Shown here in pieces: positions 52,601 to 63,759 of a DNA stretch of 64,000 nucleotides (positions are counted from its first letter, which is position 1; every line of letters begins with the position of its first letter). The notes under the pieces are model-generated. The model saw only the letters and a list, made by a program, of their open reading frames with translations, searched no databases and was not told the origin of the DNA. Source of the stretch: Raillietiella orientalis (Eukaryota); contig JAYWIR010000013.1 of NCBI GenBank assembly GCA_036172245.1, forward strand, positions 3,968,001 to 4,032,000, read 5' to 3'. The position numbers were made by a program, and so were the translations under genes.

Positions 52601-53335
52601 TTCCTTGCTACCGTAAGGGGGGAGAGTCTCCCTCCTCCTCTCGTTCCCCGGGAGCGCGGAGATTCGAGGACCGAAGCACTACGGCGAGCGATCACGCGGG
52701 CGTCTCAGCAGCAGACTCGGAGAAACCGAAAGGGCAGAGAACACGGCGGATGTGCCCTCCGCTCCTCAGGGATTTGCCCGCCTACGCTGCACCACGTTCG
52801 CGGTCCGGTGGGATTCCTGGGGCTGGCGAGAGCGCCATCGTGCACGCAGGCTGCTGTGTCGGCGCGCGTGGACGGTCCAAGGATGCACAGCTGCTTTGAA
52901 GCCTATCCGTGCATCCAAGGGGACGAAGATCGATTTTAGGGAAAAGAGGGGAAAACGAATTCCGAAACTTCCCTTAAATTCCTCCTTCCCGGAGAGAAAC
53001 CGTTCCCGAGAGACCCAATAAGAGGGTGGCCTTTCCTTGCTCTTGGAAACCGAAGACATCCAAGCGGGGTATGCCGTGGATCAAGATTTTCCTCCACAAA
53101 TGGCGAAGGTTCTATCCACACTATGTGGCCACAAGGAGTTCGAAACGAAGATAGTTTTTCGCAGAGGGGGTGTTCCTGCTCGCTCACGACCCCGGGGGCC
53201 TTCCACCTTTCCGACTGTCGCTTGGCGGCCACCGAAGGAGGATGGATGCCTCTCTAAACGGACGGAAGTCGGTCCTCTCTGAGCCTGGAGCTCGCTTTAA
53301 TTAGTCGAGGTTCTTGAAGATTGGCCGGACTTGGC
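49664..53335. repeat. Direct repeat pair, ~170 bp (49664-49831 and 53168-53335)
   Basis: The 148 bp core has 5 mismatches by manual alignment; offset 3504 bp. Confidence 0.92.
50050..52000 (+). pseudogene. Toll-like receptor pseudogene (LRR-TM-TIR)
   Basis: LRR-like GNEITCMEDEFL..DFTSL..LKTL (~50950-51110); hydrophobic TM LLILSGGCVGAVLVGISIRLAI (51442-51507). TIR-like segments: RQYAQCYDGHGDEDH (box1), LGEEDVPFG (cf. L.ERDF.PG, box2), SSWC (51922-51933, cf. SEWC). Confidence 0.55.
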
Positions 53336-54249
53336 CTGCGTGCGTGTTCTCCCATTGATGATGATCGCAGCGCCGAGTGCAGAGAGCGGAAACCTCGATT
53401 AACGAGACCCCCCCCCCCCCCCAAAGATAAACACACACACACACACACACACACATCGAGAGAAACAAAAATGCGAGAACGAAACGAAAGCGGAGAAAGT
53501 GGAGCAGTCATCTAGAGGATTTTTGGCTCCTCCAGCATGCATCCCTTGAAACTCAGTCGGTGGGAGGTAGCTTTGAGCAAAATGCCTCAGCCGCCTCTGG
53601 CAAACCAGGAAATCTTTCCTTCCGCAAAAGTGGATGGCCACGGGAGTCGTGGGGATGGACCACGTGATGGGATGGGTCATCTACTGCACAGAGCGATCGC
53701 GAGCTGTGAGAGCGCTGAGAAACGGATCGACGGCCACATAGGGATACTCTCGCAGGTCTTCCGGTCTGCAACGGTGAATTATCGATGCAGAAACGCATCT
53801 GTTTACAAAGAAATGCGGTCTTGGATGCCGGGCGATGGCTCCCCAAGCGGACACTTTTAGCAACGTGCGTGCACTCCGCTGATTTCCTTCAGCGACAAAA
53901 AAAAAAAAAAAATCCATTCAGGTCTTTGAATTTTTCTCGAAAGTTTTGTGCAACGGAATTTTCCGACGGATCTTTGGCTTTCCAGAAACCATACGTGGAG
54001 CTGCTCTGGTCGCACCCAAGGAAGAGCAGTGGGGGGGCAGGTGAGTTCTGAAACAAGGCCAGCAGCTCCGGTTTCGCCCAGATGACCCGGAAAGTCGTCA
54101 CGGAACCCGAAGAACAAGAGATACTTAGGAGAAGGAGCGATTTGATCGGGCAGTTTGATTCTGCGCAACGCAGAGAACACCCTACTACCGGGTGATCCTA
54201 CAAGATGGGGGGCTCCCGGGAAGGGGTCCGCCCTATGGATCCAGGAAGG

Positions 54250-56050
54250 AATCGGAGTCCGTTCCTCTCACGCCTGGGGAGGGATCCCCGGAAACGGAGA
54301 TCACCTCCGCCCTGGTTGTCTCCGAAAGGGAATCCCGAAGGGAATCTCCTCCCTCTTATTTGCTCCCATCGAAAAATTCAAACGTGGAATGGCGCGAGCG
54401 AACGCGAAGATCGGATATGTAACAAAGGTCGCCTATGTCACGCCATCAGGGAAGACCAACTGCTTGCATGACCCGTTCGCCGTGATTCCTGAGAAAGCAG
54501 GAGCGAGGAAAGAGCGGATGGGACAACGAATTCCTGCAGGAAGGTCGAGGAATCGGCATCGGTTCGAACGGGATCAAAGTCACTCTGGCCTCGTCCTGCG
54601 ATCGGAATCGCAAGATCAAGTGAATGAGTTGGCTCGAAGAAAACTGCTTCGGGTTCCAATGCAGACCGGAAATCTTCTCCGCACCAAGGAGAGAGCAGGC
54701 GATCTTTCGCCGAAGATGTCCATCTTGTTCTTCCCTCCGGTGTCTGACGATGTTTTCCCCGTTCGCCCTCCATCATCGGATTCGCAGGAGCGGATCTTCT
54801 GCAGGGCAAGAGGCGATGATGACCTTTGCTGTTTATCTGACATCTAGCGGATGGCGTACTGACTGAGCCGGAAGGCAAGGAGAAACGGTGCCACGGAGGA
54901 GTTCCCCGGATGCGTTCCTCGTGCCTTCCCAGTTTATCTTTGAAGTTTCGCATTCTCGATCTTCTGAAGCGACAGCAAGAGCGGCACCCCAGCAGGTGCG
55001 CCCCACGCAACACCGTGCGGGACTCGGCCTGCGTGCATCCGGAAGCAGCTTCGGCTTTCTTTCCACTTGAATGAGCTCCGCAGCCTCCTCTCCCTCTCCT
55101 CGTCCTTGTCTTCCGCGGCCTGAAGTGCATCCGAGATAACGAGGTGTTGCCGATGTCTGCTTCCGATTGAAGAAGCGGAACCTGCATCGAAAGGACCTGC
55201 TACCACTAATGATCTGATCTTTCTCCACGTACGCGCTGCCGTCTTATCAGTGGAATGTGGCCAGCCTGAATGAAAGCAAAATTGGCGGTGGTCGCTGTAC
55301 ACGAAGACACGCGTGCCAGTTCGAAGGGCTCGCTGCAATCCCTAGGGCGGTCATACTGGGCGGTCAAGAAAGCCATCCAGCTGACGAGGGATGGAACCAT
55401 TTTGGAAAGTTTCGGACCTCTGTGATCCCCTGGGAAGGATATATTCCTTCCCTCTCCCCACTTCCCAGAAGACGATGCTGAAAAACCCGCCCTAGGGAGA
55501 CCCGTGAGAAACCCGTGAGAATTCCGCATTCAGCGGTTCCGAGGTTTCTCAGGCGATGGAGGAGGAAAAAAGGAAGCCGTTTGGAGGAATCCCACCGAAA
55601 CGCGCGTCTCGGCGAAAGCGGGCGCAGTTCCTCGGCAGGACCCCCCTGGGAGCTGCTGATGCCAATTATCGCCCTTATGACAATTTCACTCTGCTCCATG
55701 GGTTTCTTTTGTCTTTCTGCCAAGCAAACGCCTCGGCTTTTTCGTTTGATAAAGCGCGGCTGAAGAGAATCGGATGGAAATCGAGGTGACCCTGGATGCC
55801 CGCGGAGCGGAGCATGCGATTAGTGAACGAGACCACTGATAAGTAAGATGAATGCCCAAGACGATACAGACGCTGAATTTATAAGAGAAGAGCATTCCCT
55901 GATTGCGAGCTTATGGCTCCCAATGTGATGCAGGTGAACGACGCAGGCGGTAAACGGATATCCGCGCGCGGCCGAGGGATTTCAGGGATGCGTCTCACCA
56001 AGGAGAGAGATTCGAGAGGAGCGTGTGTGTCCCATTCTCACTCTGTGGGC
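54250..56050 (+). mobile_element. pogo-like DDE transposase remnant
   Basis: IEKFKRG..KIGYVTK, FERDQSHSG (cf. FN.DQSG), TFAVYLTSSG, RFLRRWRR (cf. FFRQWK), QTPRLFRLIK (cf. SSPRF..LIK). Confidence 0.45.
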
Positions 56051-56699
56051 CGAGAGAAGGGATGACGTCATTCGTCCAGGGAGACGGTTCGGTGGACGGG
56101 GAGATCACGAGAGGAATAATAAAACGCTCGTGTGAGATTAATGTGAGCGAGCAAAAGGGAAGACCGAAATTCGAGGTTGAAGATCCGAAGACCTAAGGAC
56201 CACTCCAAGAGCCTTCGACTTTGGAACTGCCGTGAAAGAGGGAGCAGCGGCTTTCGGTCCGGGAGCGCAGCTCTGTTGAGGACAAGAAGCAGTTTCTCGG
56301 AGTTGAGGACTCTAGAAGTGCTTTGGATCCTGACTGATGCCTCCAAAATGATAGAGCTGATTGCCCCCCCCCCCCCTAAGGCACATCTGGGAAAAGTCAC
56401 ATACCAATTTTGCATGTAAGGCAAATGCATCTCAGGCAGCGGAATTCGAGCTGCAAGGAAATGTGACCAAGTGAGGGGTTTCATCAGCAACGGATGGGCA
56501 GACAAAGTGTGCCTTTTGGGGGGGGGAGGGATTTTTGATAGCCTTCGAAAGTACGAGCCATTCCAGTACGGCGCGCGTACAGCGTAGGACTGAGATTTTT
56601 GCTTTCCCAAGTCAAAGATAAAATGGGGGGCCCCATGAATTCCAAAGAGCCATTCTGTGATCGCAAGAAGAATCGAATAAGCCTCGCATCTCCTAACGC

Positions 56700-57210
56700 G
56701 TCATTACATAAATTTCCATCCAACGCATGGATCCGGAAAATATCACTGCAAACTGAAATTTATCAATAACTTCATGACCACACCCCAACAACCCATCCAA
56801 ATAAACAGAATCACCAACCCAATCTTCCAAATGAATAAACTATCCCTTACCCGTTACACCCTCCACTATGTCAGAACTCACCCAACCCACATTCAAACAA
56901 ACAGTACATAAAATCATTCCCAAACACACACTGGTACATATCCAAATTTAAAATATTGTAGCTCACTGATATTCCTTTCCATGCTGCACCTCGATTAACA
57001 CTTTTAATTACTCCTTATGAAGAAAATCGATTACTCTTACGTAATCAAATCAACGATACACAAACGCCAAAAAAGATAAAAATCTTTAGAGTGTTTGGAT
57101 TAATTGGTTGTTTTTATGTGGTAACGAAGGTTTATTTATTTTCATTTATTCTGGAATAATTTGGAGTCAAAATATTTTGTGTTTTGTAATTTTTATGGAT
57201 TTTAATGGGG
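56700..57210. other. AT-rich island with abrupt GC-skew inversion
   Basis: 56761-56940: 9 G vs 63 C; 57091-57210: 27 G vs 4 C (hand counts). Switch at AAGAT-AAAA-ATCTT / AAAAATCTTTAGA (57078-57090). Confidence 0.9.
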
Positions 57211-57339
57211 AAAGCAATATGCAGGCAGTTTCCAGGAGTAAACGGGAAGTAATCCCGTGAGCCCGAACACCACAGTTTGAACACCCTTCTCGCATTCCCC
57301 CCTTTTCTCCCGGTCATTCAGAAGAAAAAAAGCTGGTCG

Positions 57340-58720
57340 GGAAGGGCATGCGGATCCCGGTGTTTTGGATTCCCTACTCAACGTGAAATGACCTCCACGA
57401 GACCGAGCCATTTCAAGTGCCAACTTTGAGCAGGCAATCCACCAACAGCCAACACCGCAACCACCCTAATGGGTGGGATCTTTCACTTTTCACTCTTCCA
57501 ACGAAACGACGGACCGTCGGACACCGAAAATGCCATGGGTCTTCGTGCACAGTGCCTCCAGCCATTGCGTGAACCCGAGTCAAGGGACAGCGATGGAAAT
57601 GCATGCAGTCCTTGGTGCGCAGGGCGCCAAAAAGGCTGCTTGTCCTCCCCTCTGGCCGCTCACCTGGAGGTGTGCCCAGTGGGATGGACGCGCCGCCAAG
57701 GGGTACTTGGGCTCTTGTACTCTGTGACAACGCAGAGCGAGGATGCCTGGTGGTACTTTCGCGGGCATCCGATGATCTGTGCGTGGGCAAATGCTATCTT
57801 TGCTTTCTTCCATCTGATGCTGCGAGTCCACGCGAATGGCGTACATCGAGCAGCGTACGTCCGTACTCTATTCGATGGCATCGGCGTGCAAACCTCTTAA
57901 AGTGCTTCCCCATCTTTTGGCCCCACATCCAAGGACGGATCGGGAGGAAGGCAGGGAAATAAATTCAAGTTTGCTAATAGCATTTCACTGTTAGCCATGG
58001 AGGATGTCAGAGTTCGTGTTGGTCAGTCTTTTCAATCAAAATCAGTAGGAATGTGGGAATTTAAAAGAGGTGCTTTTGCAAGAGTACTCTGTTTTTGTTT
58101 TTGCTTTTTCTTTTTTGATTTCCCTCCCTCTTCCTGTTCGATCTCTTTCGGTTTGCAGCAGCTCCTCGAACCGGGGTACTCTATAAACAGTGGAACGAGG
58201 ACACTGAGATCACACTACTGAGATCTTTCCGGTCAGAAGCGACTCGCGTTGGCCGGCTGCCCAAGGTCGCCGACCAGGGCGTGAAACTTCGTACTATGAC
58301 CACATGCTACTGTACACGTGGTCCCTTCGGACCCCCCCCCCCCTTTCTGCTTCCCCGTCCTCGCATCTCCGATGGTGCATCCGGCCAGACGAGCGGAAGC
58401 CAAAAGGACGGAATCCGCCATCCCAAATTTTCGATCATTTCGAAGTATCCTTTGCCCAGACGCGTTGCAATGAGAGGCGGACGATGCCCAGCCGCCAGGA
58501 GGTCCACAGCTCCTTCGCGCTGCGGAACGCACGCGGGAAAGCTCACGTCCGATGAGCGAGTGCATCGCCGAAGATGTGTCTTCCGTCGCTGTGATCCCAG
58601 GCTGACCGATGCTCCATGCGCTGCATCCGGCTGCATGCAGCTGGACCCGCTATCGTCGGCGGACGGAGTCCTTTCCTAATGGCGGTTGCGCAACCGGACG
58701 GTTTGCTAATCTAATTTCAC
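57340..58720 (+). pseudogene. Kringle-TM-tyrosine kinase (ROR/Nrk/MuSK-like receptor) pseudogene
   Basis: Kringle: TST..KCQL* (57391-57429; cf. CQxW), SHCVNP (cf. NYCRNP), SPWC (57607), EVCPV. Hydrophobic ICAWANAIFAFFHLML. Kinase-like: GAFARV (58069), IPNF (cf. ISDFG), GKLTSD (58536; cf. GKFTT.SD), CMQLDP. Confidence 0.55.
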
Positions 58721-59039
58721 GTTCTCAGAGTTCACAGATCTCTTCGCAGCTGGAAAGTGCACGCGTACACTCAAATGCAATCCTTGAGAGAGATGCAATT
58801 TATCTCCCGTTTCTCCAGGCTTGTTCCGCGACCACAATATCTGTCTTCCACTTCATGGGATTGAGAGCGTTACTTTCTTTTACTAACAAGAGTAATTCAA
58901 TGGATCTCTTCATTTGGAACTCCGTTTCAGTCAAACAAAACTGACAGGTGGTGGCCCACTTGCGTCAATGACTTGTCTCGGAATTTGCCTTTCTTATTCC
59001 TGTATTTTCTTACTGAATCATTTCTCATTGAAGAAAAAA

Positions 59040-60200
59040 TGTGGTGTTGAAACCTTCTGAAGCAACGCCAATGAATGGGAAACTTTCCGAATTCAAAAAG
59101 GAAGCAGATGGACAGGAGAGAGAAGGAAGGGAAAAAAAAAATGAGGAAGGGGATGAAAGGTCTTTTGGGAATCGCCGAGACAAACCCTCATGACAACTCC
59201 TGCTTGAGTAAACATATGAAAGCTGACCGGGCCAATCAAAAACTTTGGACGCGGGGAGCGGAAGAATTTTCCGTCCGGAAAGCGTTCCATCCCACGGAGC
59301 TGAAACGCATCTGCCGCCGTACCAACGGAGTCGCTTGCCGAGAGAGGAAAAGTAGTCCGAGCGGGCGGAAGACTCGAAGGGCCGTTTGCATGCCCCTGGC
59401 AGCACCCATCCGCACTCGCGCCCAATCAGCACCGCACATCTTGCACGGGGGGTAATTTCCTGCACGCCGGAGGACCGTACCCCTTCCTCTCTCTTCATCC
59501 ATCTCCTCGTGCATCTGCCGCATCACCTCTGTAATGATCGGCACCAACAGGGCGCCGCGAGAACGTCACCACTTCGAAAATTCCTCTTGGAAATCCCTTC
59601 CGAGGATGAGTCCCGTATTAGCAAAGAGGCGGGGCAACGTAACAGGAAGAGGCCAGGTTGCGGTCGGAGGAAGAAGCGAAAGCCCAAGTTCCCGGTGGGA
59701 GCCTACGAATGGGGATCAGCATCCAGTCTTCTGCTAGCCGCTCTCCTCTTCGGAGGGAGAGAAGGGAAGGCTTTCCAGATAGCTGGCTTGGGAGCGTTCC
59801 AGGCAGTGCCGTCCTTGCAGTGTCAGGGAGCTGCTCTCTCTTTACAGTTCTTCTGACGAGCCATAGAAACGAGGCAGCTCTTTGAGAAGAACGGACACAC
59901 CCATCGGTGCAAAGTGGTCCTCATGGGTTTGGAGCCGAGTGACCATTCTACCCATTGTGGAAACCACTTGTGTTCCGAGGTGACTTGCGATTGGCTTTCC
60001 ACGATTGTGCCGATTTCGACGAAAGGGTGACGCTTACGAGAAGCATCAGGAGCGAGCATCTTTGCGATCCCTTCTTTTTTGCTTTCAGCAGGACGATCCC
60101 GCAAAAGGGATTCACCGAACGTACGTGGTGCAAGTTGCGCAGCAGCATCACAGCGGCACAGCTTCCCTCCTTCTCTGGGGAGATGTGGGAGCGCGCCGAC
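59040..60200 (+). mobile_element. Possible pogo-like transposase remnant
   Basis: GKLSEFKK, LWTRGAEEFSV, APHILHG, SLLLAALLFGG weakly match pogo DDE motifs. Confidence 0.3.
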
Positions 60201-60559
60201 TCGCCAATGCCATGCGCGCCAAACCTAACGATCGAGCGTTTGCTGGCGTCGCAGGGGCGTCATTCCGCCTGGGGACAGTCGAAGGAGCGGACGCCTCGTC
60301 GAGGCGCTCCCTCCCCGTTGACGATCAAATGCTCCCTGTCGCAGGACTGTGCAAAGAAAGCCGCTGGGCACCCTCAAAGAACAGCAAGGACGTCCCCCTG
60401 ACCTGCTCGGGCGGGGGGAAACACCGCGGATGTGCTCGTGGGTTCGTCCGCGGCTTCTGCGCAGACGACGCTCCTGCGTGAAGGACGTGCGGTTCACGAG
60501 CGCCGTATTACCCCCACCCCCAACTCGTAGAGCACACGCACAGTACGAACACCCTCTTT

Positions 60560-61441
60560 GAGCACACTTCCTCCCCCGCGCATTTTTTGGCAAATCTTCT
60601 CACGAGTAGCGTCCTTTTGCAAGGTGCTCCTTCCTCTCTCGGCCAAGCCGACGAGGGCGAAATCGGATACACACACGCGTGTGCGTACGCGGAGCTCACA
60701 TGCGCAGATCTGCGTGCGAATGCATCACGGGAGACGTTTTCCAGAAGCTTCCCCGACGTTTGGCCCGTATTTTTCCTCCTTGCCCGCTCGGCAACAGCGA
60801 GGAAACGCTTACGAGGGAAACCATTGCGGGGTTCCGGGACCTCAAATCCCCTCCCCCCCTCGGGCAGGCGGAAGCGTGCAAAACGCGGTTCAGGGCGAAG
60901 TTTGAGAAAACGAGCTCCTTACCTCCGACGGAGATCCAGAGCATGCAGCATTCAGATGTGAATCTTTGAAGCAAAGTCCTCCCTGTGTTGGATCCAGGAG
61001 ATGCAGGCTCCGCGCGCGCATGCGCCAGTTTCTAAATAGATCGGTCTGTTTGGAAGGCTGCAGCCGGAGATCTCGGGAGGAGGCTGCGAACGCACAAAAG
61101 AGGCTCGTCGTCGTCGTCGTCGGGGCTCGGAAACATCGTGCAGGCGCAACCGCTGCCACTCCGAGCCACTGCTGCACAATTCGCTATTTCGTTTTCGATG
61201 GGCATTATTATTGCCCACTGTTTTCCGGACTTTTATTGGAATGGCCCGCGCAATTCCACGCGTGCCGGAGGGTGTTGCCGGGGGGTCCCCTTTTAAAAAC
61301 TCGGGTCGCATTCTGCTTTTGAGGGCTCCGCAAGCCAAAAACTTCTCCAGAGATGGCTGGTCAAAATGCCTTTCGGTGCTCGGCGCAAGGGCCCGCCCGT
61401 GATGAACAAGTGATGTGGCATCTAAAAGTAAGATGCCCTCA

Positions 61442-61495
<54 letters not shown>

Positions 61496-62870
61496 GTGGG
61501 TGGGGGAGGCAATCAGCGTCTCTGCGATTCCCTATTTGAATTACAAATATTGGTTCTTTCTACATAATCAATCAGCGTTTGGGCTTCTGATGAGCGGAGG
61601 ATGCCACACACATCCGAAGGAGAGCTCGCTGGGTTTGATCAGCGAACTGCAACCGGGAATTTCGGAACGGCAGAACGCAAAGACCTCCGATCGCTGCTGC
61701 TTCAAGTTCAAGGCTTTCCTCGTTTCTTCCTGCCGCTGTTTTCCCTTTTTCCTTCTTTTTTTTTTTTTTTTCTCTTTCGGGCTGCAGACTGCCTCGATGA
61801 ATTCTCATCTGGGGCAAACTGCGCGAGCGATCCTCATCAAATGCCATCGATGACACAAACGAATCTCAACAGGGTGCCTCCAGGTGCTATTTGGGAGCTG
61901 AAGCGTAAGTGAGCAATTAAGATAACATATATGGTTCTGTATCTGAATGATGCCAGCTGGAATGTCTCTGTAATGCCGAATGACTCTTGATTTCATGCTC
62001 CCTCCACAGTTCCAATTTTGGAAGCCGAGGAGTAACAGCGAAACTGTCCACGGACTCCTCGAACAATTCAGTTCGTGCAGTGTGTGGTTTTCATAGATGC
62101 TTGCAGAGGATCAAAAAAACAGGGCTGTCGACAGGGCAGGAAGTGCAAGCTTCACAGGAGAAACAGGGAGTTTTAACAGCAAAGCAGCAAAAAAGACACA
62201 CGAGGCATAGATTGCTTCCTCAGACCACTAAATCAAATGCCAGTGTGGCTCACGCCTACCGAAGACGTCAGCGCTTAGGAAGCGAAAGAGATGACTTTCC
62301 TTCGAGTGGGATGACGTCATCGTCGTGCTCTTATGGACTGTCGTCAATAGTAGCACCATTCATGTACAAGTTGATCAGCCGGCACTTTGCTTCCTCTAAG
62401 AACGTATCAAGAAAAAATTATCTAAGAGAGAAGCACTGCTAAAGGCAATGGAAATATTCGAAGCAAGAAGTCTTCAAAGAGCATCGCATGAGGTCAACCC
62501 GAATCCACTTTGTTGGAATTTGTGTTCATGGTGTGCATACTGATTATGAGGGAAACCCTCGAACGCATTCGAAGCACTGAGAACCGTAGTACCTGTCGCA
62601 TCTCCAAGGTAGGGGCAGATCGGATGGAAAGGAGGGACGAACGAGAGGAGCAGAAATGCATTCGTGGCTCTGAGCACAGACGTCCCCGTGTCACTTTTCC
62701 ACGTGGTCGCCATTTTGCTTCCAAGCACTTTTGCTTCCGTGGAACGAGCTTTTTGGAACCGCCTGCATGAAGTCCGCCGCCTGTCAGCTCAGCAGCGCTG
62801 CACTTTCCGACTCCCCACTTTCCCCCTCGAGATAGAAGAGGCCACTTGCAATGCAGGGAGGAAGACGTGG
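60560..62870 (+). mobile_element. hAT transposase remnant (ZMYM1/P52rIPK-like lineage)
   Basis: FFLLAR...LRG (cf. FLARQG.A.RGH), SLPPTEIQS (cf. YTSP.IQNE), CCTIRYF (cf. ICIRYV), RCSAQG (cf. CRGQ.YD), LGLISEL, GVTAKLST, PFMYKLIS, and dimerisation motif ILLPSTFASVERAF (~62712-62753). Confidence 0.7.
61444..61492. repeat. (TG)n microsatellite inside the hAT transposase remnant
   Basis: Read directly. A (CA)n tract also occurs at ~53431-53455. Confidence 0.95.
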
Positions 62871-63511
62871 TAGCCACCGGGCGCGAGGTCAGGACTGGTG
62901 ATCTTCCCATTCGAATGCCTGAACTGCCTGGAATGTGCGGACGGCATGTGTTGCTAAGGCGCGCGTTGCCGTGAAGGAGAGGAACCGTTCCTTCTGACCT
63001 CAGCCCTCCACGTCTTCGGTGGTACGCCGCAGCTTCGAGAGTGTTTCTACGCAGTGGACTGGCCAAGTGGTGGTCGTTCCGGGCTCCATAAAGTCCACCG
63101 AAAGCACGCACACTGCCGTCCGCACACTCCACACAATTCAGGCATTCGAATGGGAACTTTTTGAAGTTCTCGCGCCCGGTGGCTACCACGCCTTCCTCCC
63201 TGCACCTCATGAAGTGGCCCCTTCTATCTCGAGGGGGAAAGTGGGGAGTCGGAAAGTGCAGTGCTGCTGAGCTGGCCCCACTCCCAGGCGGCGGAATTCC
63301 ATGCAGGCGGTTCCAAAAAGCTCGTTCCACGGAAGCAAAAGTGCTTGGAAGAAAAATGGCGACCACGTGGAAAAGTGACACGGGGACGCGTGTGTTCCGA
63401 ACCACCGATGCATTTCTGCTCCTCTCGTTCGTCCCTCCTTTCCATCCGATCTGCCCCTACCTTGGAGATGCGACAGGTACTACGGTTCTCAGTGCTTCGA
63501 ATGCGTTCGAG
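62558..63511. repeat. Long fold-back: ~400 bp arms (62558-62955, 63103-63511), ~147 bp loop
   Basis: Outer 104 bp are perfect reverse complements (62558-62661 / 63408-63511). Inner parts alternate near-perfect and diverged patches. Confidence 0.97.
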
Positions 63512-63759
63512 ATGCGCCTCGTACATGCAAACACAGAATTCTGCGAGTGTCCCATGAGCGCATTCAAAGAGACTTCATTGTCTGCAAGCTGAGGTGTCAT
63601 GTCTTAAAAAAAAAAATGGATAGGAAGCCACTGAAAAATGGACACTGAAATGCGCTTTCTGGAACAGAAAGAACACATGTGAGACATGCAAAATGCGGAA
63701 AGGACATTGCAGTCTGCAAAGGTTATTTCGGACGTGGACTTCCCATCTCAGCAAACGGT

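Noticed and set aside
62494..63405. 303 aa ORF with internal similarity
   Set aside because: By-product of reading through both arms of the fold-back.
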